Shown piece by piece: positions 36,401 through 49,576 of a stretch of 64,000 nt of DNA. Within the stretch, counting starts at the first letter, position 1. Each line of letters starts with the position of its first letter. Under the pieces are notes generated by a model that was not told where the DNA came from, ran no database searches, and saw only the letters and a program-made list of their open reading frames with translations. The stretch spans positions 124,001 to 188,000 of the forward strand of contig JANJGN010000323.1 of the NCBI GenBank assembly GCA_026770705.1, read 5' to 3'. The position numbers were made by a program, and so were the translations under genes. Source of the stretch: Isurus oxyrinchus (taxonomy: Eukaryota).

Positions 36401-39400
36401 GGCAGTTACAGATGGCCTTGTCAACAATGCCCATATCCCATGAGCTAATAAAAACAGAATGTTCAATTCTGTGTAACTCACGTTCCACAGTGATGGTTAT
36501 GAATCCCTCCACTGCTCCATGTTCATTCTCTGCCACACACTGATAGTCTCCAGTGTCCCTGGATGTAACGTGAGGAATCACCAACCACAGCTCATTGTTG
36601 GAACTTGTTCTGTTCATTGGGACATTAAGATGTCGCCACGTCAGGTTAGAAGCTGGGAAGCTCTCGACAGAGCAGATTATCACTGCAGAATTCCCCTCAA
36701 TTATATTGATCGATGAAGCGTTAATCACATCAAGAGAAGTAATTGAGAGATTCTGTGGTCCATCTAAAAACAAATAAACATCAATTAAGTTACACTGACT
36801 GTGAAGCACTTTGAAAGACACTGAGAATGTGAAAGGTGTGATATCAATATAGGTTCTTTCACCACAAAGCCCATAATCCAGCCAGACACCTCAGTTCAGT
36901 ACTGAGGGTGTGCTGCACTGTGGGAGGGTCAGTACTGAGGGAGTGCTGCACTGTCAGAGGGTCAGTACTGAGGGAGTGCTGTACTGTCGGTGGGTAAGTA
37001 CTGAGGGAGTGCTGCACTGTCAGAGAGTCAGTACTGAGGGAGTGCTGCACTGTCAGAGGTTCAGTACATAGGGACTGCTGCACTGTCTGATGGTCAGTAC
37101 AGAGGGGTTGCTGCACTGTCGGAGGGTCAGAAATGAGGATGTGCTGCACTCTCAGAAGGTCAGTACTGAGTGGGTGCTGCACTGTCGAAGAGTCATTACT
37201 GAGGGGGTGCTGCACTGTGGGAGGGTCAGTACTGAGGGAGCACTGCACTGTTGAAGGGTCAGTACTGAGGGAGTGCTGCACTGTCGAAGGGTCAGTACTG
37301 AGGGAGTGCTGCACTGTTAGAGGGTCAGTACAGAGGGAGTGCTGCACTGTCAGAGGGTCAGTACTGAGGGAGCACTGCACTGTTGAAGGGTCAGTACTGA
37401 GGGAGTGCTGCACTGTCAAAGGGTCAGTACTGAGGGAGTGCTGCAGTGTTGGAGAGTCAGTATTCAAGGACTGCTGCAGTGTCAGAGGCGGATTTGTATC
37501 AGTTAAAGACTATTGATTTGTTGCTAAACACAATGCAGTTGTGGGATCTTGCAGTGTACTATGTAGAGCATTCTAGCTAATGTAGATGGAAGGGTGTCTG
37601 TTCTTACCTTGCACAGTTAGTACGAGGGTCTTCTCCGATGAAACAGATGGATATCTCACTCTGCAGCTTAGAGTGTGTCCGTGGTGTTTGAGTGATGGGA
37701 TCAGGGTCAGAACAGAAGTATAGGTCAGAGTGACACCATGATGAGTTACAGTGTTTGAGACTGATCCAGGTACGTCAGTGGGAATGTCCCAGGATAAGAC
37801 AGGTGCTGCTGTTCCACTGCACGTTGTGTTGAAGGTGCAGCTTACATCCACACGCTCTCCTGCATTAATTTCAGCAGTGAATATCGTGGGTTTATCTGTG
37901 AAATCTAACAGACAGAGAATGGATCCTTTTAGAGAAATATAACGTGAAGCATCAGTTCAAATAGAAACCACAGTCCCACAAGAGAAAGCACTTTTACAAG
38001 GATGATATCAGAACTGAGATGTTTTAACGATCCTGATAGACTGTTAGACACGATTCGAGAGATCGATGGGAGTGGAATACATTTAATCATTGATATTAAA
38101 GTGAGTTTTAAATGTTGCTTTAGGACTGAACTGGAAGCTATCACCAGGTTATTGAGAATCAGACATTGTGTTATAATAAGCTGTGTTTTGTGTTAATATG
38201 TAAACGTCACAGTTTCACTTCATTGGCTGTGAATCAGTTTAGGATCGTCCTGAGGTGGTGAAAGGCGCTATGGAAATGTGAGACTTGCTTTTGTATTTTG
38301 AAAGCAGGTTTCCAAGGATGAGATGGGAACTGAGAGGTAACAACAATCAGCAGCAACTTTCTTATTTTCAAACTTGGTGGGGAATGTGTCACTGAGCTCA
38401 ATACACTTTCACTCCCAGACCCTTGAATTGCCAACACTGGGGTGTGGGTGATGGAGCAGTCCACAGCTCATGGAACCCTGGCTCATCATTCTCTCAGAGA
38501 TCTGGGTCACTGATCCCATTGCTCTCTGTGGGAGCTTCCTGTGAACAAACTCACTGCCACGTTAGACAGTGACTATACTTCAAGAATTTCTTCATTGTCT
38601 GTGAAGTGATTTGGTACATGGTGAAAGGTGCTATAGAAATGCAAGTCTTTACTTTGTCAATTTGCCAGACTTTTAAATAGGGATTAGAGAGTTCTATGTG
38701 AGTGGATAACCTGATAACATTGATGGACACAGTCAACACATTTAATCATTGATATTAAAGTGAGTATTAGAGGTTGCTTTAGGACTGAACTGGAAGCTAT
38801 CACCAGGTTGTTGAGAATCAGACAGTATGTTATAATAAGCTGTGTTTTGTGTTAATATGTAAACGTCACAGTTTGTGTTATTTCCCACTGAGTGTTGAAT
38901 GTGAATTGTTGAGTAATTATAACACAGCACTTACCAGAAATGTGAAGCCGGGTTACAGGGTAATAGTTATAGCGCGGACCATTGTCAAATTCTATTCTGA
39001 AAAAATAAGGTCCTGCATCTTCCCGTCTGATGTTGTTTATAATCAGGGAACAGTCACCATCTTTCAGGTCTCCAGACAGCCGGGTCCGATGGCGGAACCG
39101 TGGTAACTCGTGACGGTGATCCTTGGAGTGAAAGGCTATGGACAATCTTCTCCGTTCCTCATTATTAAACCAGACTCCACCTCGTGGTTGGCTTTCCAAA
39201 TGTGCTGGATAACTGTAATGACATGGAATCTGTACACACGAACCTTCCTGCGCTGTCACCTCTCGTGGAGTATCACCTTTCCACTCTTGTGACAGTCCAA
39301 CTGGGGAGAGAAAAATCAATATTTAACTCTGGATGTTTTTTCGATCCATAATTCTTGATATCCACTCCCTCCATCACTGGGGCACAGTGGCTGCAGTTTG

Positions 39401-42400
39401 GACCATCTACAGGACACACAAGTAACTCCCCAAGGTTTCACAATGGATCGATGAGAATCCTGGACACAGGAGTGGACAAGTTCATTCTACCTTGGCTCCT
39501 GGTCCTCAGGACTCTATTTAGTTTTTTCAAATTATTCATTCATGGGATTTATTACCCATCCCATGTCCATCAGAGGCATTTAATAGTCAACCACATTGCG
39601 GTGGGATTGGAGTGACATGTAGGGCACACTGGGTAAGGGTCGCAGATTTCCTTCCCTTATGGTGATCAGTGAACCAGGCTTTTTAATCCCATTCATCTGC
39701 CGTGATGGAATTCACACCCAGGGCCCCAGAGCATCACCCTTGGTCTCTGGAATACTAGCCCAGTGACAATACCTCTCTGCTACCGCTTCCCCTTAGTGAA
39801 GCCAGTCTTCTACCCAACACAGTGTCTACAAGACACACCAACTGAGATCCATTCAGTGCTGATTTACAAGACAGGACAATGGATTAGGAGCCCTCAGAAC
39901 TCCCCCCATTATCACCGTCATGAATCACTAATTAGCCTAACATTCCTGTCTGCTCTTCAACACAGCTGATTGAATCAGATTAGCCAATCTGATTGGTGTT
40001 CATTCCCTCTTCAACGTTTAAGGAATCACCAATCACTCGGCCTCTAGTTATTCTCCTGCCCACAAGAGGGAACATTCTCTGTCTACCCAGTCAATCAAAA
40101 CATTTCATCTAAACCTAGTGGTACTTGAGTATATAGTCGGGAATCCAGGGCAATGGAGACTCAGGAGAAGAGATGGAAACGCTGTGAGGTGGAACGTCAC
40201 TGAGGCCATCCGAGTTGAAGCAACTTTTGGAGAGAATTCCAAGGCAAGATCTTCGAAGTTGAAGACTGAAATCCCTCATGAGAGAAACAGAGTTTCAGTG
40301 AGATTGGTTGACTGACAGTGTTCACTGATGTCCGGGTGGGTTGTTGTGAAATCCATGGGCTCTATCTTGGTCGCGTTTACAATTTAATGAGTAATGTGGC
40401 TGTGAGACCACAGTTTGCCTGTTAATTCACATGAGCTCATGTTAATCCAGAATGTTAGGGTATAAGGTGGATATTGTGAATTATTTTATCTTTCTGAACT
40501 GGGGCAGTCAAGTTTATTTTTGTTTGTTTAAAATCCATGGAATCTTGTAGCTTTATTCTCTTTGCAAGCATCTTAAATCTCAAACCTCGTCTACTTGAAA
40601 CAAAATATTATTGGTTCCTAACTATAAATTTTCAAAAAAATTGGGTGTCTGTTCCTCCATCAGCAACTCTTCAGAATCCTGCTGAAGTCACGGATATTTC
40701 AGAAGGACAGGGAACAAGAGTTTTCTGGTATCAGCGTTTTGTGTGGGGCCCAGTTCAGTTTGAACAAATAAACAACACCATCTTTGAAAGTCATGAACCC
40801 ACCACAGCGGCACCTCCGACACATGCAGAGCTCAGGCGAGAGGCGCTTTGTTAGTGTGTTTCACAGGGTCTGCTGGAGTAGGGTCAGTGCTGAGAGGGTC
40901 TGCTCAAGGATCATAACAACCTGCACTTGCACCTTCCAAGTAATAAGATTTTGTAAATGTATTCATTCATGGGATGTGGGCGTCGCTGCCAAGGCCAGCA
41001 TTTGCTGCCCATCTCTAATGTCCCGTGACATAATCTCTGTAGCAGAGTAGAGACAATCATGATCACTCAGGATATTTGACATCTATCCACATGAACAGCT
41101 TTGACTTCCTTCTCTCTTTCAGTTATCTTACTCCCTTATTGAAGTTTCTAGCATGGTGAGAACTGGATGGTTTGCTCGGACATTTCAGAGGAACCACGTT
41201 GCTATGAGTCTGGAGTCACATGTAGGCCAGACCAGATATAGACGGCAGATTTCCTTCCCTAAAGGCCATTAGTGAACCAGATGGGTGTGTATGACAATCG
41301 ATGATAGTTTCATGGTCTCCATTACTGAGACTAACTCCCATTAGTGTAAACAGAGTGAACAGTTTTCCATTGATCCCACCTTTCCCGTTCTCTCCGGTAT
41401 TTTACACACTATTGCTCGATAATTTGATTCTGCCAAGGACCCCTTGGAAAATCATGAACCCCAGTTAGACAACCAATGGAATAAGGAATCTCTTTGGATC
41501 CTCAGTGTCTAAGGAATCTCTATGGATTCTCATTGTCTAAGGAATCTCTTTGGATCCTCATTGTCTAAGGAATCTCTATGGATTCTCATTGTCTAAGGAA
41601 TCTCTTTGGATCCTCATTGTCTAAGGAATCTCTTTGGATCCTCATTGTCAAAGGGATTATTTCTGATCCAAACCCCATATTGTTGTATTGTTGATTCCGA
41701 TGCAGCATTGTAGACTGACTTGTCCCCAAGCTCAGCACTGACCCTACTCCAGCTGACACTGTGAAACACACTAACAAAGTGCCTCTAGCCTGAGCTCTGC
41801 ATGTGTCGGAGGTGCCGCTGTGGTGGGTTCATGACTTTCAAAGATGGTGTTGTCATTTTTTTTGTTCCAACTGAACTGGGCCCCACATGAAGTGTTGATA
41901 CCAAAAACCTTGTGTTCCCTGTCCTTCTGAAACATCTGTGATTCAGCAGGATTCTGAAGATTTGCTGATAAGGGTCTTAAACTGTCTGATTGTTGATTGA
42001 TACAACACAGGAGGAGCTCATGTGACCCATCGTGCATGTGCTGACTCTTTCCCAATTCCTCTCCAACACCTTTCGCACATTCCTGCAAATTTCCCTTCAA
42101 GAATTTATCCAGTTCCCCTTCTGAAAGTTCCTGTTGAATCTGCTTCCACCGCCCTTTCAGGCAGTGAGGCAATGGTCTCTCTCTGAGCTGCAAAGTGCCC
42201 AGATTCTGTGAAATTTAAACTCTGCAGCAGATCAGAGACAATCATGATAACTCAGAATATTTGACAGTTTTACACACAGACAGCTTTGCCTCCCTTCTCT
42301 CTTTCAGTTATCTTGCTCCCTTATTGAAGTATCTAGCAAGGTGAGAATGGACAGGAAGTGTGACACTGAACAGCCTGTCTATTCTAGGAGCTGCTGTGTT

Positions 42401-42881
42401 GTCTTCATGGGAAATTTTGAATAAAGGCAGCAAAGGATACAAATTTCAGGCCATTGCTATCGGAGACCTAACATTAGGATAGACTTCATCCCCCAGTTTT
42501 TATCCCTGCTTCTCTACTCAACCCATCACTCCCCATCGCTCACTGACCAACGTCCGACAGCACCTGAATTTCAAGATTCTGCTCTCGCTGCTACAAACCT
42601 GCCTATCCCTGTAAACTCCTCCAGCCCCTACAACCCTTCAAGACCACTGGTCTCCATCAATTCTGCTGTCAGACAGGGAGTCAGTGTATATCAGTGAGCA
42701 CAGGGCTGATGTTTGAATGGGACTTGGTGTGAGTTTGTACACTGGATCACTGCTGAATCAGTTCCCTATCAGAGCTCAATAAGAATGATCTTTAACAAAG
42801 ACTATTAACCATAAATCTGTCCGAGCTGACGATGGTATTACCTTGGAGAAGCGACAGGAGGAAGTAAGATTTCCCGATCAT
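30289..42881 (-). CDS. Siglec-like gene B: leader-V-C2-C2-TM-cytoplasmic tail (tail exons less certain)
   Basis: Exons 42842-42881, 38935-39300, 37608-37904, 36482-36763, 35134-35230, then putatively 34295-34379 and 30289-30405. All are phase compatible. Confidence 0.72.
30502..33545. repeat. 24-bp tandem satellite, about 127 units
   Basis: Unit TTGATTATTGAT(A/T)CTGAACGGGGT, with constant phase throughout. Confidence 0.97.
33700..33783 (-). CDS. Candidate extra cytoplasmic exon with LYENC (3' boundary unresolved)
   Basis: Good acceptor ccatctctattccag| then KRGEGKAGIKSYYRVDEYRGPLYENCE; resembles the 30289-30405 exon; no clear phase-0 donor. Confidence 0.4.
34295..34379 (-). CDS. Putative gene B cytoplasmic bridging exon (copy of an 85-nt exon module also at 43311 and 26426)
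   Basis: acacag|...TGG|gtaagt; phase 2-0 and open (GSSTGRGHSAQAERVGSSSPGEQSDRYW); the only phase-compatible link I found to the phase-0 Tyr exons. Confidence 0.45.
35134..35230 (-). CDS. Gene B transmembrane exon (Gly-rich)
   Basis: RDSNEWKAGLLGAGICLSVGLSGFFIFKCVR; paralog of 51287-51383, same length and phases. Confidence 0.87.
35400..36445 (+). mobile_element. CR1-clade LINE fragments between the last C2 exon and the TM exon of gene B
   Basis: Same family as 19845-20925 and 50690-51150. Confidence 0.75.
36482..36763 (-). CDS. Gene B C2/I-set exon 2
   Basis: DGPQNLSIT...IICSVESFPASNLTW...DTGDYQCVAENEHGAVEGFITITVE; phase 1-1. Confidence 0.9.
36893..37485. repeat. 33-bp minisatellite (also 3038-3325, 5750-5910, 16277-16612, 22717-23095, 26113-26342, 49205-49455)
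   Basis: Unit ACAGTGCAGCACTCCCTCAGTACTGACCCTC(T/C)G. Confidence 0.95.
37608..37904 (-). CDS. Gene B C2-set exon 1
   Basis: Close paralog of 55427-55723 (SCTFNTTCSGTAAPVLSW...LSCRVRY). Confidence 0.9.
38935..39300 (-). CDS. Gene B V-set exon (essential Arg present)
   Basis: VGLSQEWKGDTPREVTAQEGSCVQIPCHYSY...GPYFFRIEFDNGPRYNYYPVTRLHIS. Confidence 0.92.
41484..41650. repeat. 28-bp tandem repeat
   Basis: Unit TAAGGAATCTCT(T/A)TGGAT(C/T)CTCATTGTC. Confidence 0.9.
42842..42881 (-). CDS. Gene B leader (signal peptide) exon, coding part; exon begins at 42923
   Basis: MIGKSYFLLSLLQ+G|gtaata; upstream acceptor ctttctctttcag. Confidence 0.82.
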
Positions 42882-43310
42882 TGTCCACTCCCAGATATTT
42901 CCTCAGCTTCTAACTCTGAAGTTCTGAAAGAGAAAGGAGTTAATGAGACTTCACCTCTTGTCCGAATGCTCTTGAGAGATCAGAACTGCTTTTAGACAAT
43001 ATCCTCACAGACAAATTTGATTCTCTGTGGGATGATAGGTGCTCTGCAGAGAGTTACAAGGCTTTAAGAAAGAAAAACAATGAAGGACTTGCATTTCTAT
43101 AGCACCTTTCACCACCTCAGGACGTCCCCACGCTCATGTCCCTTGAGCTAGAAAGATGTTCTGTACAACTTGAGCCTCACACCCAGAACTCAATAATCAG
43201 TAGAAATCTTTCAAAGGCATCAATCATTGGAATCTGTCTTTATAAAGTCACAACATCAACAAAGGACGGTGTTGGTGGTGGAAGTGAATTCCAATCGTTC
43301 CGTTACTTAC

Positions 43311-43452
43311 CCAGGACCTGTCCGACTGCTCGCCTGGGGAGGAACTGCCCACACGCTCTGCTTGGGCTGAATGACCTCATCCTGTGCTGATCCATCTGTG
43401 TATTAAATTAGAAAAGGCTGATGTGTCACTGTGAGCCAAAATGAGGAAGTTG
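43311..43452 (-). promoter_or_regulatory. 5' non-coding exon module upstream of the gene B leader, with a PU.1-like site
   Basis: Donor G|gtaagt at 43311, about 390 nt above the leader-exon acceptor; AATGAGGAAGT at about 43440. Confidence 0.5.
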
Positions 43453-43739
43453 GAACAAAGTGAGTGAACAGCACTTTGCTGTGCACTGTCAGCAAACCCT
43501 GTGTCTGTATAAGAATATAAGAACAGAACAAGTAGGATCAGCTGGACACCCTGACATTTTCCCTCCTTATATTCCATCCACTCATTTTTTTATCCACTCA
43601 CTGAAACTATTTATCTCCCTCTGCAGCCTCTTTGTGTCCTCCTCACAACTTGCTTTCCTGCTCAGCTTATATATTTCCTACCTATCTTCACCATACAGTC
43701 AGAAAATCTGCCTACAGTACAGTCAGTCCCTTCATCCAA

Positions 43740-46460
43740 GTTACTAATGTAGATTGTGAATAGTTGAGGCCTCAGCACTGATCCCTGTGGCTCTCCACTA
43801 GTTACAGTTTACCAAGCTGAAAATCACCCATTTATCCTGGCTCTCTGTTTCCTGTCAGTTAGCCAGTCCTCTATCCGTATTAATATATCCCCCCCAACAC
43901 CATCCAATTTCACCCTGTGCAGTATCCTTTGATGTGGCACCTTATCGAAAGCCTTTTGGAAATCCAATGTCATGAAGAGATATTTGTGTGTAAAATGTGC
44001 TTGGAAATTATATTTTCAAATAGAATTCTTGTGGTGGTCCATGTATAGGTGTGTGTCTGTGTGTGTCTTAATTGGATTAAAGCCAGCTGGTCTGTGTGCT
44101 TTGATGTTTAGTAGTTTTGAGATGTTAATTGGGTGAATTGTGAGGAGAACAGTAAAGTGTTCATTTGCAATTGTTGAATAAACCATTCCAGACTGGGGGT
44201 AAAATCTTGCACCTAGTTAGAAGGAGCCAAAAGATGTGTTTTTTCTTGAACTTACTAATGAAATTGGTGCTGTGAAAGGGGGTTTTATTGTTCGAAGAGC
44301 TGGAGTTCAGAAGTCCGAGTGATACAATGGAAAATTTACATTCAAAGGGAAAGCTAGCTATATAAAGGAAGGAGTTTGTGTGTGTGAGGCAGGAGCATTT
44401 CAGACCTAACCAGCCTGTAGCCTCCAACCAACTTGCAAAGGAACCTCATTCGGAACTCGTAATGTCAAATGTGCTTTGCCTGGTGTCTATATTATGTCAA
44501 TGGTTCATTGTTGCCTTAGTAGAGATTTACATGGGGGTGATTAATTGGGGGATTTGTTAAAAATTTATTATAGTAGTTATTTGTAGCCAATGTGTATGTG
44601 TTAAATTTGTTGTTAAATTAATAAATGGTTTATTTAGTTTTATATAAAAAAACTCAAAATCCTCGGTGGTCTAATTCCTACTGAATTCAAAGTCTTCATC
44701 TCGAAATTACAAACAGCAAAATTGGGTTATGACAGTTGTTTCAATTTTCCCTCTGGGATTTGAACAACTCAGCCTTTACCCTTGGCTGTGTCATAGTCCC
44801 TAATACACCACATCTACAGGTTCCCCTTTATCCAATCCACTTGTTACATCCTCGAGGAAATCTAATAATTTTTTCAGACATGATATCCCTTTCACAAACC
44901 CATGTTGACTCTGTCTGATTGAATTATGGTTTTCTAAATGTCCTGCTGCTACCTCCTTCATAATGAATTCTGGTATTTTCCCAATGACAGATATTAGACT
45001 AACTGACCTGTGGTTTCTTGCTTTCTGCCTCCTCCCTTTATTGAACAGAGATGTTTTATTTATGTTTTTCCAATCCACTGGGACCTTCCCATAACCTAAG
45101 GAATTCTGGAAGATTACAACCAATGCATCCACCGTCTCTGCAGCCATTTCCTTTCAGACCCTCACATTCAGGCCGTCTGCTCCATGGGACTTGTCAGCAT
45201 CTGTCTCATTAGTTTTCTTAATACTTTTTCTCTGGTGATAGTGATTGTTTTATGTTCCTCCCTCCTTGTTGCACCGTGACTTTCTCCTGCTATTGGGATG
45301 GTTTTAGAGATTTTTACTGTGAAGACAGACACAAAATTCTTGTTGAAAGTCTCTGTCATTTCCTTGTTTCCCATTATTAATTCCCCAGTCTGATTTTCTA
45401 TGTGTCCCATTATTACTGTAGCTTCTCTCTTATTTTAATGTACAACATCTCACAGACATTGTTTATGGTTCTTGCTAGTTTACTCTCATATCATCATTTC
45501 TGCCTCCTTATATTTCTGCCCTCACTTTTCTGGTTTCTCAAATATTCCCAATCTCCAGCCTATCACTAAGCGTCCCAACATTGCCGGCTTTATCTCACAA
45601 TTGGATACCGTCCTTAGCTTCCTGAGTTAGCCGCCGATGCTCCATCCTTTTTATAGATTCTTTCTTTCTTACTGGAAAATATCTTCATTGGAATTTATGA
45701 AACATCTCTTTAGACACCTGTTACTGTTCATCTACCTCCATCCCCCCTTTAACCTGCTGTCCCACCCTACTTGGGCCGACTCTGCTTTTAACCCTTGTAA
45801 TTGTCTTTAGATAAGTTTATGACACTAGTTTCAGACCCAAGTTTCTAATTTGAATATTAAATTTCCACACCGTATGATTACTCTTCCCTTGAGGATCCTT
45901 TACAATGAGATGTTAATTAGTCTTGTCTCATTAAACATTGCCAGGTCTAAAACAGCCTCTTCGCTGGTTTGTTCCATGTTGGATTGTTCTCAAATACTGT
46001 CCTGAATACAATCTGTATAATCTCGCTGAAAGCTACATTTGCTAATCTGATTTGTCTAATCCATACGACGATTGAAAACTCCCATGATTAATGTGGTGCC
46101 TTTCTCACAGACCTCCTCATGTATTGATTTATAATCTATCCCTGCAGTGTAACCACTGTCAGGGGGGAGTATAAACCAACCCATCAGAGATTTCTTTCCC
46201 TTGCAATTCCTTATATTCACCCAAACTCACTGTGCATCTTGACATCTGAGCCAAAATCATTTCTCACTACTTCAGAGGTCTCATCTTTTATTAAGAGAGC
46301 TACCCCACCTCCTTTTCATTTTTCCTATCCTTTCAAAAAGTCCAAATATCCTTCAATTTACAATTTCCATCCTTGGTCACCTTGCAACCAACTCTCTGCA
46401 GTGTCCATCTTATCGTACCCATTAATCTCCATTTGTGCTATGACTTCATTCATTTGTTCC
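43740..46460 (-). mobile_element. Long decayed CR1 LINE (interrupted by the LTR at 43968-44797)
   Basis: IFQNSLGYGKVPVDWK, SQHGFVKGISCL, LDKGEPVDVVY. Confidence 0.8.
43968..44797 (+). mobile_element. Solo LTR-like element inserted into a CR1 LINE
   Basis: Starts TGTCATG; homologous to 49594-50346 and ~1700-1819; CR1 sequence resumes on both sides. Confidence 0.6.
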
Positions 46461-46489
46461 AACTTTATATTTTATATATTCATTCTTCC

Positions 46490-47215
46490 ATGGGAAGTGG
46501 GCATCACTGGCTAGGCCAGCATTTATGGCCCATCCCTAATTACCTTGAGAAGGTGGTGGTGAGCTGCCTTCCGGACCCTCTGCACTCCATGTGGTGTAGG
46601 TACACCCACAATGCAGTTAGAGAAGGAAGTCCAAGATTTTGACCCAGTGGCAGTGAAGGGACGGCGATATATTTCAAAATCAGGATGATGTGTGGCTTGG
46701 AGGCGAACTTCCAGGTGGTGGTGTTCCCCTATGCCTGCTGCCCTTGTCCTTCTCAATGGTAGAGCTCGTGGGTTTGGAAGGTGCTGTTGAAGGAACCTTG
46801 CTGAGTTGCTGAAGTTCATGTTGTAGATGGGACACACTGCTGCCACTGTGCATTGACGATGGAGGGAGTGAGTGTTGCTGTGATTGAGGGGGAGACAATC
46901 AAGCGGGGCTGCTTTGTCCAGGGTGGTGTCAAGCTTTTGAGTGTTGTTGGAGCTGCACTCATCCAGGCAAGTGGAGAGTATTCCATTCACACTCCTGCCT
47001 TGTGCTATGTCGATGATGGACAGGATTTGAGGAGTCAGGAGGTGAGTTACTCACCGCAGGATTCCCAGCCTCTGAGCTGCTCTAACAGTCATAGCATTTA
47101 TGTGGCTGGTCCAGTTCATTCTCTGGCCTATGGTAACCCCCAGGCTGTTGATATTCATGGATTCAGTGATGGTACTGCCATTGAATGTCAAGGGGAGATG
47201 GTTAGATTCTCTCTT
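46490..47215 (-). mobile_element. CR1-clade LINE 3' fragment
   Basis: GSKSWTSFSNCIVGVPTPHGVQRVRKAAHHHLLK. Confidence 0.8.
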
Positions 47216-48820
47216 GCGTGCATTCAGATTAAGAACCTTTCTGTCTTTTCCCCATTTCCCCTACTCTGACCTTATTTGCTGGGACACTGGTTGATGCTGG
47301 TTTCAGTCTCAGTTTGTCTCAGTTGGTCACACTCTGGCCTCTGTCTCGAGACTGATGTTCCCTCTTGGTAGTGACAGTGATGGGGGTGTTGGGGAGGGTG
47401 TGGATATTGACCCCACTGCTCCCCCTCCCCCGCTCCGCCATTCTTTCCTGGGAGACCCGCCAGGAACCTTGTTCCAGCTGTGATGGGCAGCCCTTCCACA
47501 CTTTCCTGTGGGCCCCGCACTTCATGTGTAAAAGCGCTAAGTTAGAGCAGGGATGGAGAAATGAACAGGGGGCGTGGGATGAGTGTGGGGGTCTCACAGC
47601 CAGAACTGACCCTGCCCACAACACTGTGGAGGGGGGTAGGTTTCACCAGCTCTCTGTCTTTGCAACATCATAACCGCAGTGTGAAGATTGTCCCCATTCC
47701 CTGTATCTTAATATTGTAAAGACAACTGGGAGATATCCTGCAGTCTCTGAGAAAGAATTTGGTGCACCTACAGCACCACCACTGGCAAGAGAGTGTAAGT
47801 ACAGTGTGAGATGTTTACATGGGAAATTTTCATGATAAATGTGGACACAGGAATTTACATAATTTGGTGGGGAAATGCAATGACATGAATTAACAGATTG
47901 GAGCAGGGAGGTTGTCCCAGAGTAGGATATTTAATAAAAATATATCTGTACAGAGTTGTCTGGGCATTTCAATCCCTTGTGACAATAAATGTAATATTAT
48001 AGAAAATGCAAAAGCTTCTTGTAATCTATCACAGAATAAACAAGTTGCAGAATTCAGAAAGCACATTCTGAAATGTTAACAATGTTCAGTGACGTCACAT
48101 TTCTGCTAATTACTATTCGGCCATGTTGGCTGCACGCAGTCAGGCAGTCCCTCGGTTGTGATGTGTCCACACAGCAGGACTGGGATGCATCAGCATCAAA
48201 GGACATGCTTAGTTGTTGCTCTGCAATGCATTTATTGCGAGCCTGTTGCACACACGCCCTGTCGAAGGAGTATCCATGGTTCCATTCTGAATCGAGGCAG
48301 ATCAAATTTACTACAACTTGCATTTATATAGCACCCATAATGTAGCAAGCTGTCCCAAAGCTCTTCAGGGGATTGTTAACCACATATAAATCCATCGCAG
48401 AGACACATAAAGAGATATTAGGGACAGGTGACCAAAAGCTGAGTTAACAAAGGCAGTTAATAAGNNNNNNNNNNNNNNNNNNNNNNNNNNNNNNNNNNNN
48501 NNNNNNNNNNNNNNNNNNNNNNNNNNNNNNNNNNNNNNNNNNNNNNNNNNNNNNNNNNNNNNNNNNNNNNNNNNNNNNNNNNNNNNNNNNNNNNNNNNNN
48601 NNNNNNNNNNNNNNNNNNNNNNNNNNGTCCCCAATGACTTAGCATCAAGTCGTCACTGGGGAAACATTTCATTCCAAACCACACCAACCATACACCCATT
48701 CAGTCCCTTCCTCCCTCTGTCCCCCTCTCCCCCAGTGGGTTGTCTCGTGTTCCCAGGAAACTTAATCTCTGCCCCCACCCACAAACCTCCTCACCCCCTC
48801 TCCCCGTTTCACACTCAGTT

Positions 48821-49063
48821 TCACTTGAATCTGATCTGTGCGTATTCCGTCTCCTCTTCCCTGTGGACAGACCCATCACCACTGGGCACCCTGAAGACTT
48901 GGGGATTGGCGTAGAGAAAGTCCGCGGGATTCTCAGGATTCCCATGTCCAGCATCACCTCCCACTGGACCTTCAGAGAGTCCCCGGGGAGCTGGGGTCTC
49001 CCCCTCACTAGTTGTGTCTCTGGTTGTGTTCCGGGGCTCAGTAATCAGCACGTTCTGTTTACC
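48821..49063 (-). CDS. Gene A last exon with FLYANP and TEYAQI motifs
   Basis: ccatttctctgtag| GKQNVLITEPR...ADFLYANPQVF...EEETEYAQIRFK*. Confidence 0.85.
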   Translation of the reverse strand, partial: GKQNVLITEPRNTTRDTTSEGETPAPRGLSEGPVGGDAGHGNPENPADFLYANPQVFRVPSGDGSVHREEETEYAQIRFK

Positions 49064-49544
49064 CTACAGAGAAATGGAAACAGAAGGCATCCTCACATCA
49101 TTTACTGGCACTGATAGGGTTAAATTATTGTGCAGCGTCGTTAGTGTCAGTCGTGGCTCAGTGGGTTTAATCCTCCCTCATGTCATCTGAAAGAAACCAC
49201 CTATGGCAGTGCAGTGCTCCCTCAGTACTGACCCTCTGATAGTGCAGTACTTCCTCAGTACTGACCCTCCGACAGTGCAGCACTCCCTCAGTACTGACCC
49301 TCCGACAGTGCGGCACTCCCTCAGTACTGACCCTCTGTCAGTGCAGCACTCCCTCAGTACTGACCCTCCGACAATGCAGCACTCCCTCAGTACTGACCCT
49401 CCGACAGTGCGGCACTCCCTCAGTGCTGACCCACTGTCAGTCCCGCACTCCCTCGGTAATGGCTCTGGTGAGTGACGGCTTGGTTTCTGCACTCAGGTGC
49501 CTGGTCTGAGGCTCAATAACATGAATCTTGTAATCAGAGAGGAT

Positions 49545-49576
<32 letters not shown>

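Noticed and set aside
36859-37516. TVQHSLSTDP / VLRECCTV repeat ORFs here and elsewhere
   Set aside because: Translations of the SINE-derived 33-bp minisatellite.
38852-39319. ORF-track starts and ends for Ig ORFs (e.g. MIFLSP..., ...GKCCVIITQQF)
   Set aside because: These are intron read-through; true boundaries are set by the AG/GT sites.
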